Assembly (NCBI GenBank): GCA_963668645.2
Contig: CAXXWC010000013.1
Coordinates: 32,001 to 96,000 of the forward strand
Origin: Desulfobacterales bacterium
GTDB lineage: Bacteria > Desulfobacterota > Desulfobacteria > Desulfobacterales > UBA2174
Direction of reading: 5' to 3'
DNA length: 64,000 nt
Shown here: positions 41,884-52,420 of the stretch, in pieces
Layout of the letters: every line of letters begins with the position of its first letter
How positions within the stretch are numbered: position 1 is the stretch's first letter
Notes under the pieces: model-generated
The model's database searches: none
Seen by the model: only the letters and a program-made list of their open reading frames with translations
What the model was told of the DNA's origin: nothing
Translations under genes and position numbers: made by a program

Positions 41884-43006
41884 TATCGCCCTGATGCGCA
41901 GCCTGCAGCGCACCCTGGCCGTGGCGCGCAAGGAAGCGATCCATCTGCGACGCGACTGGCGCAGCCTCCTGCTGGCTTTGGCCATTCCGGTGCTCTTGAT
42001 CCTGCTGTTCGGCTACGCCCTGACCCTGGATCTGAAAAACGTGCCCACCGTGGTCTGGGACCAGTCCAGAACGCCGCGCAGCCGGGACCTGATCGGCCTG
42101 ATCCAGGGATCGGCCTACTTCGACCTGTACGCCGTTCGCCAGAGCGAGGCCGCCCTGCGCGCCGACCTGGAGGCGGGCCGGGCCATGGTGGCCATGGTGA
42201 TCCCGGCCGATTTCGCCGAACGCGTCGCCGCCGGCCGGCCGGTAACGGTGGAGGCCATGGTGGACGGCAGCGACGCCAACACCTCGCGCCTGGCGGCCAG
42301 CTACGCCCGCAGCCTGGGCCTGATCTTCAACCGGCGTCTCGATGTGCGAACTTCGGCGGCCGGGGTGGTCCTGGCGCCGCGCGCCTGGTACAACCCGTCT
42401 TTGCGAAGCCCCAACGCCCTGCTGCCCGGGATCGTGGCCATCGTCATGATGGTCATCGCCGCCATGCTCACCAGCGTCACCGTGGCCCGCGAATGGGAGA
42501 CCGGCACCATGGAGCAGCTGATCGGCACGCCGATCCGGGCCGGAGAGCTGATCTGCGGCAAGGTGGCGCCCTATTTCGTGGTCGGCATGACCGACGTGGC
42601 CATCGCCGTGGGCCTGAGCCGCTGGCTTTTCCAGGTCCCTTTGCGCGGCCAGCCGGCCCTGCTTTTCGCCACGGCGGCCGTTTTCCTGACCGGAGCCCTG
42701 TTTTTCGGACTCACCCTGAGCATCCGCCTGAAGACCCAGGTCCTGGCCAACCAGATCGCCATCGTGGCCGGTTTTTTGCCCACCCTGATCCTTTCGGGCT
42801 TCGTTTTTGCCATCGAGAACATGCCGGCGGCGTTGCAGTATCTGACCTACATCGTGCCGGCCCGCTACCTGATCGCCATCATGCGCGGTATTTTCATGAA
42901 GGGCATCGGCCTGGAGATCCTCTGGCTCGACGGCCTGTTGCTGGTCTTCTACGCCCTGGCGATGATCCTGGCGGCCCGGGGCGGGCTGAAGCTGAGGCTG
43001 GACTGA
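41876..43006 (+). CDS. ABC-2 permease (YbhS-like)
   Basis: VAREWETGTMEQL and LSGFVFAIENMP. Confidence 0.9.
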   Translation: MADIALMRSLQRTLAVARKEAIHLRRDWRSLLLALAIPVLLILLFGYALTLDLKNVPTVVWDQSRTPRSRDLIGLIQGSAYFDLYAVRQSEAALRADLEAGRAMVAMVIPADFAERVAAGRPVTVEAMVDGSDANTSRLAASYARSLGLIFNRRLDVRTSAAGVVLAPRAWYNPSLRSPNALLPGIVAIVMMVIAAMLTSVTVAREWETGTMEQLIGTPIRAGELICGKVAPYFVVGMTDVAIAVGLSRWLFQVPLRGQPALLFATAAVFLTGALFFGLTLSIRLKTQVLANQIAIVAGFLPTLILSGFVFAIENMPAALQYLTYIVPARYLIAIMRGIFMKGIGLEILWLDGLLLVFYALAMILAARGGLKLRLD

Positions 43007-44100
43007 TGGAACGGCTCAAACCGATGCTGGTCAAGGAATTTTTGCAGATGCTGCGCGACCCGCGCATGCGCATGGTGGTCTTCGGCCTGCCGGTGATCCA
43101 GATGCTGGTGATGGCCTTTGCCCTGACCACCGATGTGACCCGCATCCGCACCGCCCTTTACGACCAGGACCGCAGCGTCGCCTCGCGCGCCCTGGTGGAG
43201 ACGTTTGCGGCCGGCAACTATTTTCGCATCGTGGCGGCCCCTGTGACCGAAGCCGGGGTGCGCCGGTTGCTGGACACCGGCCAAGTTAGGGCCGTGGTGG
43301 CCATTCCGGCCGGCTTCGGCCGGGACCTGAGCGCCGGCCGGCCGGCGCCCGTGCAGGTGCTCTGTGACGGCACCGACAGCAATACCACCGCCATCGTCCT
43401 GGGCTACGCCGAGGCCATCGCGGCCGGCTTCAATGCCGAGCGGGGTGTTGGGGGAGGGCCGGTGACCGTGGCCACCCGGGCCTGGTTCAACCCCAACCAG
43501 GAGAGCCGCCTTTACTACGTGCCGGCCCTGATCGCCGTGATGCTGCTGGTCTTTTCCATCATGCTCACCAGCATCGGGATCGTGCGCGAAAAGGAGATCG
43601 GCACCATCGAGCAGGTGATGGTGACCCCCATCGCCAACCTCGAATTCATCCTGGGCAAGACCATCCCCTATATGCTCACCGGCTATTTTTCCATGACGGT
43701 GATGCTCGGGGCCGCCATGCTGCTTTTCGGGGTGCGGATCCACGGCAGCCTTTTACTGTTGTACATCCTTACGGGGATCTACCTGGCCGGCAACCTGGGG
43801 CTGGCCCTGTGGATCAGCGCCGGGGCCCGCACCCAGCAGCAGGCCCTGCTGACCGCTTTTCTGATCATCATGCCCTGCGTGATGCTCTCCGGGTTCATGT
43901 TTCCGATCCACAACATGCCGTTGGCGGTGCAGGCGGCCACCTACATCAACCCCATGCGCTGGTATCTGATCATCTTGCGCGGGGTAGTGACCAAGGGGGT
44001 GGGGCTGGCGATCCTCTGGCCCGCCGTGGTGGGGCAGAGCGCCCTGGCGGTGGGATTCATCTTGCTGGCCTCGCGGCGTTTTCGCAAGACGCTGGGATAA
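43006..44100 (+). CDS. ABC-2 permease (YbhR-like)
   Basis: KEFLQMLRD, IVREKEIGTIEQ and LSGFMFPIHNMP; TGATG coupling. Confidence 0.9.
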   Translation: MERLKPMLVKEFLQMLRDPRMRMVVFGLPVIQMLVMAFALTTDVTRIRTALYDQDRSVASRALVETFAAGNYFRIVAAPVTEAGVRRLLDTGQVRAVVAIPAGFGRDLSAGRPAPVQVLCDGTDSNTTAIVLGYAEAIAAGFNAERGVGGGPVTVATRAWFNPNQESRLYYVPALIAVMLLVFSIMLTSIGIVREKEIGTIEQVMVTPIANLEFILGKTIPYMLTGYFSMTVMLGAAMLLFGVRIHGSLLLLYILTGIYLAGNLGLALWISAGARTQQQALLTAFLIIMPCVMLSGFMFPIHNMPLAVQAATYINPMRWYLIILRGVVTKGVGLAILWPAVVGQSALAVGFILLASRRFRKTLG

Positions 44101-44115
44101 GATGACCATTGATGG

Positions 44116-44574
44116 TCAGATCTGTTTGAGATTGGGGAAATAGGTGCGGTAATATCCGTAGTCCCGGGTCAGGATGGCGTCGCAGTGCAACTGCGAAAAG
44201 GCGCCGATGATAAAATCCGACAGGATATGCTGCCGGAACGAGATTGGCCGCTCGCAATGCCGGCATGTCAATTGAACCGATTTGCCGCAGGTAGGGCAGA
44301 CAAAACGCCGTCGTTTCCGGTACTCATGCCATTGCCGGCCGGCATAGGCATAGTCTTCCTGCCGGCAGATTTCGACGCGGATGTCCATCTGTGAAAGAAA
44401 CAGGTTCAGGTCTTGGACTTGCTCCAGAAAAAAGGGGCTCAGTTCTCCGTAAACGATGCCGCAAACGACCAACTCGTCATGGCTGTCCCGCAGTTGGCGA
44501 AGTTTCCGGATGCTATCGTCGTTCTGGTCCAGAAGCAGATCGAGCAGAACGCAGGTGTCAATCGATGCTTTCAA
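44116..44574 (-). CDS. VapC/PIN toxin with an inserted CxxC-x7-CxxC zinc ribbon
   Basis: IDTCVLLD, VYGEL, SDFIIGA and LTRD; CPTCGKSVQLTCRHC. Confidence 0.85.
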   Translation of the reverse strand: MKASIDTCVLLDLLLDQNDDSIRKLRQLRDSHDELVVCGIVYGELSPFFLEQVQDLNLFLSQMDIRVEICRQEDYAYAGRQWHEYRKRRRFVCPTCGKSVQLTCRHCERPISFRQHILSDFIIGAFSQLHCDAILTRDYGYYRTYFPNLKQI

Positions 44575-44797
44575 GGCCGTACCCTCTCAGCTCGGCGACC
44601 AGTTCATCGCTGCTTTTCCCGAGGCGCAACCTTCCGCGCCAATTTTCGATTGGATCATCCTGGGGGTCCCTGACTATGTAGAACCGGCCGTTCTCCGCCT
44701 TGAATGTTACCTGGACACCTGGTATCAGGTTCATGGCCAGTCGCACTTCTTTGGGTAGTGTTATCTGGTATTTAGCCGTTACTTTCGTCTGTTGCAT
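44558..44797 (-). CDS. AbrB/MazE-fold antitoxin (VapB)
   Basis: KVTAKYQITLPKEVR; overlaps the toxin. Confidence 0.88.
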   Translation of the reverse strand: MQQTKVTAKYQITLPKEVRLAMNLIPGVQVTFKAENGRFYIVRDPQDDPIENWRGRLRLGKSSDELVAELRGYGLESID

Positions 44798-45618
44798 CTT
44801 ACGTCTCCGAGAACATTTTGTACGTATTGTCGCATACCGTATACCATTTTTTGCATACCATTGTTCACACAGGACATCAACCCGGCAATAGGTACAGCCC
44901 ATTGCGTTCGAATTTGCTTCAAGACCAACCGGCCGGCGGGAATGTGTGGGAAGAGCGAGTGGTGCGATTTTTCAATATGTTGTTTTGCTGCTTTTACTTC
45001 AGTGGTGTGATGGTGGAGGCGGCGGTGGCCGGTTCGCACACTGATTTCGGGGCCAGCCGTTGTTGTAAGTACCGGATTTTACTTCTCCGTCACTTCAGGT
45101 GATGATTCGACATCATACGTTCACTTCGTACCTAAAACGTACAAAAGTCAAGAGGCAGGTTGAGGCTTGCCGGTGGTTGCGGTATTCAGGGATGAAACCG
45201 GTGGGCCATAGTGGAGACCAAAAGGGAGAGGGGAACGCCATGTTCGACCATCAGGCCGCATCTCCCCGTGTCGCCACCCTGCGGCGGCCTCGCTCGTGCC
45301 TATGTCCACCCGGAAGACACCCAGCCATTCGCCCGGCCGAGATAACGACAAGCTTAACCCTCAGATCCGCCCCCCTACTTGAAATCTGCCAGGCATGACC
45401 AACGGTTGCGCCATTTTTCCGCTGATGGTCGTCCATGCAAGCAGATCCGGCAGCCCCATCGTCTTGATGGATACCGCCCGCCTGTGATGGCCGCTGCCCG
45501 TGGTGTTGTCCAGAAAGTCAGGCCGTGACTGGCGTCATGGTGCCCGGTGCTGACTGCCAGGTGGTCGTGGTTTTCGAGCTTGACAGCAATTAAACCAACA
45601 TATTGAATCGTTAGGCCA

Positions 45619-45647
45619 TTGACCCCCGCCCAGGTTCCGTCTATTCT
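45619..45647 (+). promoter_or_regulatory. Candidate sigma70 promoter for the jet operon
   Basis: TTGACC-N17-TATTCT about 55 bp upstream of the jetA ATG. Confidence 0.4.
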
Positions 45648-45700
45648 GGCCCGGACCGTAAACAACAATCCACCATCGTTTACGATTGGTGTGGGCCGGC

Positions 45701-47278
45701 ATGTCGATTCAACTGGACCTCATCGACTTTTTTAAAGACAGCCAAACGCCCGAAGCGGCGCTGGACGCCAGACCGGCCCGACCGGAAGTGCTGCCCTCCG
45801 GCGAGGCCGGGTTCGAGACCGATGTGAGCCGCGCGGTGTACTCGGCCCAGATCATGCGCCCCATCTTCGACCTCGAGGCCCGGCGTTTCTACCAGGGCGA
45901 AGCGCCTGAGGCCGTGGCCATCTGGGAGCGTGTCGATTTGATGTGGCTCGCCTTTGCGATTCTTGACGTCATCTCCGAACTGACCGAATATCAGGACGGC
46001 GCCACCCGTCGCGAAGTGCTGGCCCGGGTCCTGTCCCTGGCTCACCGCCAGTTGCCGGACGACGAGGCGGCCGCATGCGAAGACGGTCTCAAAGAGGTGC
46101 TCAACCGGGTCTTCGACCACCTCGTCAACCGTTCGAACCGCTACCTGCCCTTCGAGTATCTCTATTTCGACGCGGTGTCCGGCCAGCACCGCCGCCGCAA
46201 GTTCTGGCTCGTCAAGACGGTCTACACCGGCACGGGCCAGGAGGCGCGGTTCAGCCTCACGGACGAGGGCTACTGCGCCTATTTCGGACTGCACGAAACC
46301 AGCGCCCTGGATGCCGCGGCCATCGGCAACCTGCGCATCAAGCTGCTTATCGAGCGCGGCAGCGTGGACGATGCCATCGCGGTGGCCGACGGCAACCGCA
46401 AGCAGTGTGCTCGCAAAGCCCTGGAAGTGCGCAACACCCGCCGGCTGATCCGGCGCAACATCCAGGCGGTGGACTACGACGCGGTGCACGCCCTGGCGGC
46501 CGAGGGGGTCAACCAGGCGACCGAAATCCAGCAGGAAAGCAGCCGGCTGCACAACCTGGTCCTCGAAAACCTGCTGGACGGCCGGCTGCAGGCCCACGAA
46601 CTCAAGCTGCAGCGCCTGGCCGAACGGCTCCAGGGGCTCAACCATCATCTGCTGAAACTGGCCGGCGAGCTGCAACGCCTGCCCGAGGACTACCACCAGC
46701 ACAGCCACAAGCTGTTCCGGCGGCGCAGCGCCGGAGCCTTTCCCCCCATGGACACGGTGCTGCGCCGCATCTGCACCCTGGCCGAGACCGATGCGGCCCG
46801 CATCGGGGATGAATTTATCGCCCGCATCGATCCGCCGGCCCGACGGCCGCTCTTCGATCCGGCGGCGATCATCGAAGCCTGCGACCGCGCCCTGGAACGC
46901 CAGAAGGTGGCCGGCGACAGCCGTCAGGCCATGATGGAAGTCGATGCCGAACCCGTGGCGCGCTTTGTCCCGGAGCTGGACGAGCCCTTGATGCGCCGGG
47001 CCTTTGCCAGGCTGCGGGCCGCGGTTCGTCACGGGGACGAGATCCGGCTCAGCCGGTTTCTGGCCGAAACCACCGCTGCGGCCGATACGGAGCTGTTGCC
47101 GGTGGCCATGGTCATGGCTGTCTTCCAGTGCCTGGTGGAACGGCGCATCGCCGAGCGGCACCGGCTGCAAGTGCGCCAGGCCGAACCCGAGACGCTGATG
47201 GCCGTCGACCTGGCCGGCGGCCGGCGCTATCGGGGCCACGAATTGCTGCTGGCCGGCCGGCCGGGGAGCACGCCATGA
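45701..47278 (+). CDS. jetA: Wadjet JetA/MksF-like kleisin
   Basis: First gene of a coupled 4-gene SMC operon; wHTH-like FSLTDEG and LIERGSVDDA followed by a long helical region; call partly positional. Confidence 0.72.
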   Translation: MSIQLDLIDFFKDSQTPEAALDARPARPEVLPSGEAGFETDVSRAVYSAQIMRPIFDLEARRFYQGEAPEAVAIWERVDLMWLAFAILDVISELTEYQDGATRREVLARVLSLAHRQLPDDEAAACEDGLKEVLNRVFDHLVNRSNRYLPFEYLYFDAVSGQHRRRKFWLVKTVYTGTGQEARFSLTDEGYCAYFGLHETSALDAAAIGNLRIKLLIERGSVDDAIAVADGNRKQCARKALEVRNTRRLIRRNIQAVDYDAVHALAAEGVNQATEIQQESSRLHNLVLENLLDGRLQAHELKLQRLAERLQGLNHHLLKLAGELQRLPEDYHQHSHKLFRRRSAGAFPPMDTVLRRICTLAETDAARIGDEFIARIDPPARRPLFDPAAIIEACDRALERQKVAGDSRQAMMEVDAEPVARFVPELDEPLMRRAFARLRAAVRHGDEIRLSRFLAETTAAADTELLPVAMVMAVFQCLVERRIAERHRLQVRQAEPETLMAVDLAGGRRYRGHELLLAGRPGSTP

Positions 47279-48045
47279 ACCCGGAAACGATCTACGACGC
47301 CAACCGGCTCATCTACCTGAGCCTGGCCTACAGCAGCGGCAACAAGCGCATCGTGATGCGCAACGCCGCCGAGATGATTGCCCTGGTGCAGCGCTTCCAG
47401 GCCGAAGAAGCCTTCCGGTCCCTGGTGGAGGCGGGGCTCAAGGCCCTGGAACTGCGGCTGCTGGCCCTCGAAGACGGTGGCCTGCGTCTGTCGGCGCGCA
47501 GTGCCGAGGAATTTTTCGCCACCAACCTCACCGATTACGGCCGGATGTTGGCCCGCGGCGACCTCCGGGCGGCCGACCTGCTCCCGGTTCACTGCGCCAT
47601 CGCCTCGGCCATCTTCCCCACCGAGGCGGACCTGGACGTTCCTGTGGAAGACCTGGGAGCGGTCACCGCCGCCGATGTCATCGATGTGCTGCGGCGTTTC
47701 GCCCGCGTCGAGGCGACGCTGGATGAAGACGACGACCGGATCCATCCCCAGGTGCGAACGGTGGCCCAGCGCCTGCGCGAACTGCCCGAGGCCAATCCGG
47801 ACCAGTTGCGCGCCGGGGCCGGCCAAAGCTGGGCCGACCTGGTGGGCCGCGTGATCGATCACCTGGTGGAAACCGGCTACCTGCTCGCCTTCGAGGAGAT
47901 GCCCGGCGAGTTCGAATACCGCCCCACACCGGCTTACCAGACGGCCATGCGGGAAGGCATCGTCTATTCCTTCCACGCCTTTCGAGACCTGCTCAAGGAC
48001 GCGGAAGGCCGCGCGGCGGAGGCCACCGATGTACCGGCTGAGTAG
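47275..48045 (+). CDS. jetB: Wadjet JetB/MksE-like KITE subunit
   Basis: 256 aa; ATGA overlap with jetA; wHTH-like HLVETGYL...YRPTPAY; call partly positional. Confidence 0.7.
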   Translation: MNPETIYDANRLIYLSLAYSSGNKRIVMRNAAEMIALVQRFQAEEAFRSLVEAGLKALELRLLALEDGGLRLSARSAEEFFATNLTDYGRMLARGDLRAADLLPVHCAIASAIFPTEADLDVPVEDLGAVTAADVIDVLRRFARVEATLDEDDDRIHPQVRTVAQRLRELPEANPDQLRAGAGQSWADLVGRVIDHLVETGYLLAFEEMPGEFEYRPTPAYQTAMREGIVYSFHAFRDLLKDAEGRAAEATDVPAE

Positions 48046-51000
48046 ATTTTTCGTCAGCGAGATCACGGCGGGGGAAAACCTCCTGCGCCATGGGCTGGTG
48101 CCCATCGTGCGGGAGAGCGGCCTGGCCGACCACGGGGTCCTGTTCGCCGCCAACGGCACCTGTAAGACGACGTTGCTGTCCTTTTTGCTCAACGTGTTCT
48201 GCCCGGACCAGCGGCGGTTCGTGCAGCATCTGCAATCCGGCGGCGACAAGACCCTGGAGCAGTACCTCATCCCCGGACGCCCGGCCGTGGTGCTGGTGGA
48301 GCTGGCCCTGCCGGGCCAACCCGGCCTCTTCGAGGCCCAAGCGGCCGAACGCCTGGTTCTCGGCCAACTGCTCTACCGGCATGCCACCGCCCCGGACAAG
48401 GTGGACCGCAGCTACTTCCGCGCGGAGGCGGCCGATCTTTTCGACGATTTGCGCCGGCAGTGGGACGGCCTGCTGGCACGCGAGCAGCCCTATGCCAGCG
48501 TACGCGATTATCTGGCACCGCGTATCCAGCAGACCACTTCCCAGAAGGAATGGAACGATCACCTCGACCGTCTGGGACTCGATCCCTGGCTTATCGACCG
48601 GCAGATCGACTTCGCACGCACCGAAGGTGGCATCAAGGACGCCTTCAAGTTTCGCAGCGAAGCCGAGTTTCTCGCCTTCTTCCTCGGCTGCGTGGCCGAC
48701 ATGGAGGCGGCCGTCACCTTGCGCGACACCATCGGCCAGTCGCTGCAGAAGATGGCCGACCGTCCGCGCAAGCGGATCCAGCTTCAGGCGGCCCGGGAGC
48801 TGACCCAGCAGCTCTCCGACTTCGACGCCATCGCAGGCAAATGGCGCGCGTCCCGCGCGGCGGCCGCCGAATGGGAGGCCCGCCTGGGCGAGGCCCACCA
48901 TCTGCTCGATGCCGCGCGCAAGACAAGCGAGGAACAGCGCGCGACCCTGGACCGCCGGTACGACGAGGCCGCCGCCCGGCGCGAAGAGACCTTGTCCCGC
49001 ATGCAGACCGCCGCCGCCAACGGCCTTTGGGTGCAACGCGGCCAAGCCGGCCGGTTAATGGCAGCGGCCGAGGCACGGGTTCTGAACGCCCGGCAGGCCA
49101 TCGAAGGGCTGCAAGGCGAAAAGGCGTCTCTGGAAGCCGCCAAGCACCTGGCCCTGCTGCGGCGGCGACACGCGGCGGCTAAAACCAAGGAGGACGCCCT
49201 GCTGGCGGCCGACACCAAGCTCGAACCGCTGCTGCACCGGGTCGCGTCCCTGGCCGCTCAGTACCATCTGCGTCTGGAAGCAGAACGCCGCCGGCTCCTG
49301 GATACCATCGAGGACCTGGACACGCGTCGCCGGCAAACCGAAACCGAAGTGAACCGCACCGAGACCTGCCGCCGCGAGGCCCGGGACCGGCGACACCAAC
49401 TCGACGAGGCCCTTTCCCGCCTCGATGCCCGGATTCAGGCCGCAACGGCCGAACGCCTAGCCCTGCCCCTGGAGGCGGGAGAAACCCCGGCTGACGGGCA
49501 GGAACGTCTCCAGGCGGCCGTCGCCGCCATCCAGGGCGCCCTCGACGAGGCCCGCGCACGATCTCAAGACCTGGACACGGAAATCGCGGCGGCCGACGGG
49601 TGCTGGAAGGCGCTGCAGGCCGAACTGGCCCGGCTCGAGGCGCGATTGGCCGAGGCCCGGGAGCAGCAGGCGGCCGAGGTTCGCCAACGGGAACGGTTGC
49701 AGGCCGATCCCCATCTAAAGCGCATGGCCGGCAGCATGGAAGTCGAACCGATCGCGGCCGAGCTGGTCTCTCGGCTGGACGACGCCCTGGCGCGGCAGCG
49801 GGATCGGCTGGCGGACAAGGAACACCGCCGCATCGAACTGGAAGAGGAACTCAAACGGCTGGAGGAGACCGAAACCCTGGCCGTCGACCCCCAGACCCGG
49901 CGCCTGATCGCCCACTATCATAAACAGGGCCTGTCGCCCGGCGAGCTCAAAGCCTTTCCCCATTACCTGGCCGGCCTCTATTCCACTCCCCAGGAGGTGG
50001 CGCGCTTCATCGAAGCCGACCCGGGCCGTTTTACCGGCATCATGGCCGCCAACCCAGAGGTGGTGAACACCGTCACCGGTCTGCCTGCGCCGGCGTGGCT
50101 TCAGCGGCCGGTGGTGGTCTCGATCCCCTGTTCCCCCGAGGACCTGACCCCCATCGCCCAGACCGTAATCTGCCCGCCGGACCCCAACGTCTACTCCAAG
50201 GCGCACCTGGATGCCGTACGCGAAAGGTGCCGGGAATCGGTGGAAGCTCTCCGGCAAGAGATCGAGGCGGATAGGCGTGACGTGCAGACCCTGGAACGTA
50301 GCAGCCGCGAGTTGCATCGCTACCAGCAAATGTACCCGGACATGACGGCGGTCCGCGCCCTGGCGGACCGGGTGCGCGAACTGGAGGCGGCCTGTAATCA
50401 ACATCACCGCGATCTGGCGGAGACCGAGGCCCGAAGCGGCGCCCTGCGCGAGCGCCAGGCCGGCGGAAGCCAGCGGTGTATCGAGCTGACGGCCGACCTG
50501 ACCCGCCGCCAGGAACGCCTCGAACGTGTCGCGCGCTGGCTCCAGTGCTACCAGGACCTGCCGCGCTGGGAAGAAGAGCGGATGCAGACGGCCGCCAACC
50601 GGGCCGTGGTTGATCGGACCATCGAGGCAGACAGGGAAGGTCTGAGCCGGCTCCGGCAATCCCTGGCCGAATTCATGGCGGAGCGGCGGGCCGGTGAGGA
50701 ACAACTGAAAACCCTGGAAGACAGGGCCGCCGATGTGCCCTGCACCGAGGCCCCAGCCCTTGGGCAAGCCGAACGACAGACGGCCCTGGAAATGGATCCC
50801 AAGACGTTGCGCCGCCTCTGGGAGGAGGCCCGGGAAGACCAGCGCCAGACGGCCCACCAGCTTGGAATCGATGCACTGCAAAAAGAGCTGGATGCCTTAC
50901 GCACCGACATCGGTGATACCGAATTGCGCCTGGGCACCCTGCGCCGGAAGCAGCCATTCGACGAAGCCCTGGCCGACACCTGGGCCGGTCGCAGCCAGGC

Positions 51001-52420
51001 GGACCAGGAGGCCCGCATAGCTGTGATAGCCGCGCAACTGGAAACCAGCCGCGATGCCGAGGTCCGTGCCGAAACCGAGATCGATCACCAGCGCCAACAG
51101 ATCCAACGTCTGGATGAAGAACTCACCACCAAGGCCGCCAAGGGGATGCGGCCCGACTTGGATCCGGCCGACCTGGAGCAGGAGGCGGACCTGGATACCC
51201 TGTGGCAGCGTTTCCGCGATGAAGAGAGGCGTCACACCGAGACCCACGAGCGCCTCTGTCAACGCTGCCGCAAGCTGGAAGCGGATCGCAGGGCCGCCGA
51301 GGAGATCTACCAGGACATCCGGGTAGCCATCGCCGCGGTGCAACGCTTCAATCCACTTTGGGATCAGGCCTCGCCCCGGGTCCAATGGCCGGACTTAAGC
51401 TCGCTGGAGACGGCCACGCTCCAGGCCCTGCAGGCGCAGGTCGAAACGATGATGGCAGCCGAAGTGCAGGACTGTCGAGCCCTTACTGTCGCCCGCGCCG
51501 GACTGGGCCGTGCCTTCGACCGGCTGCAGACTGCCCTGGGGAGCGATCGATTCCGGCAGCACCTGCCGGCGGTGGTCGACGCGCTGCGGGGCCACGACGC
51601 CGAATCGCTGGGTGAACAGGCCGGGGAACTGATCCAACGCTGCGCCGACGTCACCCGCAACCTGGAAAGCGACCTGGAAATTTCCCAGCGCATCGTCGAA
51701 AACCTGGTGGACATGCTGCTGCAAAGCGCCCGTGATTACTACCGCCGGCTCCAGGCCGCGGCCCAGGTGACGCTGCCCGAGGAGGTCTTCATCTATGGCG
51801 GTCGGTCCATTCTGCGCGCTGGCGCAGGCCTGGACTTTATCAAGCACGCCGATGCCTTCCGCCAGTCCGTGGACAACTGGCTCCACGAAATGATCCAAGC
51901 GCACCGCCTGCCGGCCGTTAATCCCCGGACCGGTAACGGTCTGGGCGCCGAACTGCTCTACCAGCTCCTGGCGGCTGCAACGGGTCGCAAGGAATTCGGC
52001 ATCCGCCTGCTCAAATGCGACGACACCGGCCGCAACTACGAACCGGTGGGCAAGGACCTGGGCTCCGGCGGAGAGGCCCTGACCACCGCCGTGCTGCTCT
52101 ACGCCCTGCTGATTTCCATGCGTAGCCGGCGGCGCCACCGCAGCGACGAGCGCATCCCCGCCTTTTTACTGCTGGACAATCCCCTGGGGGTCTGCAACCG
52201 CTCCGATTTCCTGGACGCCCAGTTGAAGGTGGCCCGGGCCATGGGCATCCAGTGCGTCTACCTGACCGGCATCAACGACCGCGAGTCCCTTGACCTGTTC
52301 GAATTGCGGGTGGCCATCCGCAAAGGAGATCGGCGCGTCGCCATCGGTGGTGCCACCTACGAGTGCCTCGAGATCACCCAGCTCAACCTGGAAAGGGGAC
52401 ATGCAAAATTACCTGCGTGA
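48029..52420 (+). CDS. jetC: Wadjet JetC/MksB SMC-like ATPase
   Basis: N-terminal Walker A variant ANGTCKTT, long coiled coil, signature GSGGE and Walker B LLLDNPLG (DNP as in type III Wadjet). Confidence 0.88.
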   Translation: MYRLSRFFVSEITAGENLLRHGLVPIVRESGLADHGVLFAANGTCKTTLLSFLLNVFCPDQRRFVQHLQSGGDKTLEQYLIPGRPAVVLVELALPGQPGLFEAQAAERLVLGQLLYRHATAPDKVDRSYFRAEAADLFDDLRRQWDGLLAREQPYASVRDYLAPRIQQTTSQKEWNDHLDRLGLDPWLIDRQIDFARTEGGIKDAFKFRSEAEFLAFFLGCVADMEAAVTLRDTIGQSLQKMADRPRKRIQLQAARELTQQLSDFDAIAGKWRASRAAAAEWEARLGEAHHLLDAARKTSEEQRATLDRRYDEAAARREETLSRMQTAAANGLWVQRGQAGRLMAAAEARVLNARQAIEGLQGEKASLEAAKHLALLRRRHAAAKTKEDALLAADTKLEPLLHRVASLAAQYHLRLEAERRRLLDTIEDLDTRRRQTETEVNRTETCRREARDRRHQLDEALSRLDARIQAATAERLALPLEAGETPADGQERLQAAVAAIQGALDEARARSQDLDTEIAAADGCWKALQAELARLEARLAEAREQQAAEVRQRERLQADPHLKRMAGSMEVEPIAAELVSRLDDALARQRDRLADKEHRRIELEEELKRLEETETLAVDPQTRRLIAHYHKQGLSPGELKAFPHYLAGLYSTPQEVARFIEADPGRFTGIMAANPEVVNTVTGLPAPAWLQRPVVVSIPCSPEDLTPIAQTVICPPDPNVYSKAHLDAVRERCRESVEALRQEIEADRRDVQTLERSSRELHRYQQMYPDMTAVRALADRVRELEAACNQHHRDLAETEARSGALRERQAGGSQRCIELTADLTRRQERLERVARWLQCYQDLPRWEEERMQTAANRAVVDRTIEADREGLSRLRQSLAEFMAERRAGEEQLKTLEDRAADVPCTEAPALGQAERQTALEMDPKTLRRLWEEAREDQRQTAHQLGIDALQKELDALRTDIGDTELRLGTLRRKQPFDEALADTWAGRSQADQEARIAVIAAQLETSRDAEVRAETEIDHQRQQIQRLDEELTTKAAKGMRPDLDPADLEQEADLDTLWQRFRDEERRHTETHERLCQRCRKLEADRRAAEEIYQDIRVAIAAVQRFNPLWDQASPRVQWPDLSSLETATLQALQAQVETMMAAEVQDCRALTVARAGLGRAFDRLQTALGSDRFRQHLPAVVDALRGHDAESLGEQAGELIQRCADVTRNLESDLEISQRIVENLVDMLLQSARDYYRRLQAAAQVTLPEEVFIYGGRSILRAGAGLDFIKHADAFRQSVDNWLHEMIQAHRLPAVNPRTGNGLGAELLYQLLAAATGRKEFGIRLLKCDDTGRNYEPVGKDLGSGGEALTTAVLLYALLISMRSRRRHRSDERIPAFLLLDNPLGVCNRSDFLDAQLKVARAMGIQCVYLTGINDRESLDLFELRVAIRKGDRRVAIGGATYECLEITQLNLERGHAKLPA

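Noticed and set aside
44900..45680. Small ORFs or an ncRNA between vapB and jetA
   Set aside because: No recognisable motif, RBS or RNA structure that I can support
45701..52420. Housekeeping MukBEF/SMC condensin
   Set aside because: The coupled TOPRIM nuclease, DNP Walker B and island context indicate Wadjet
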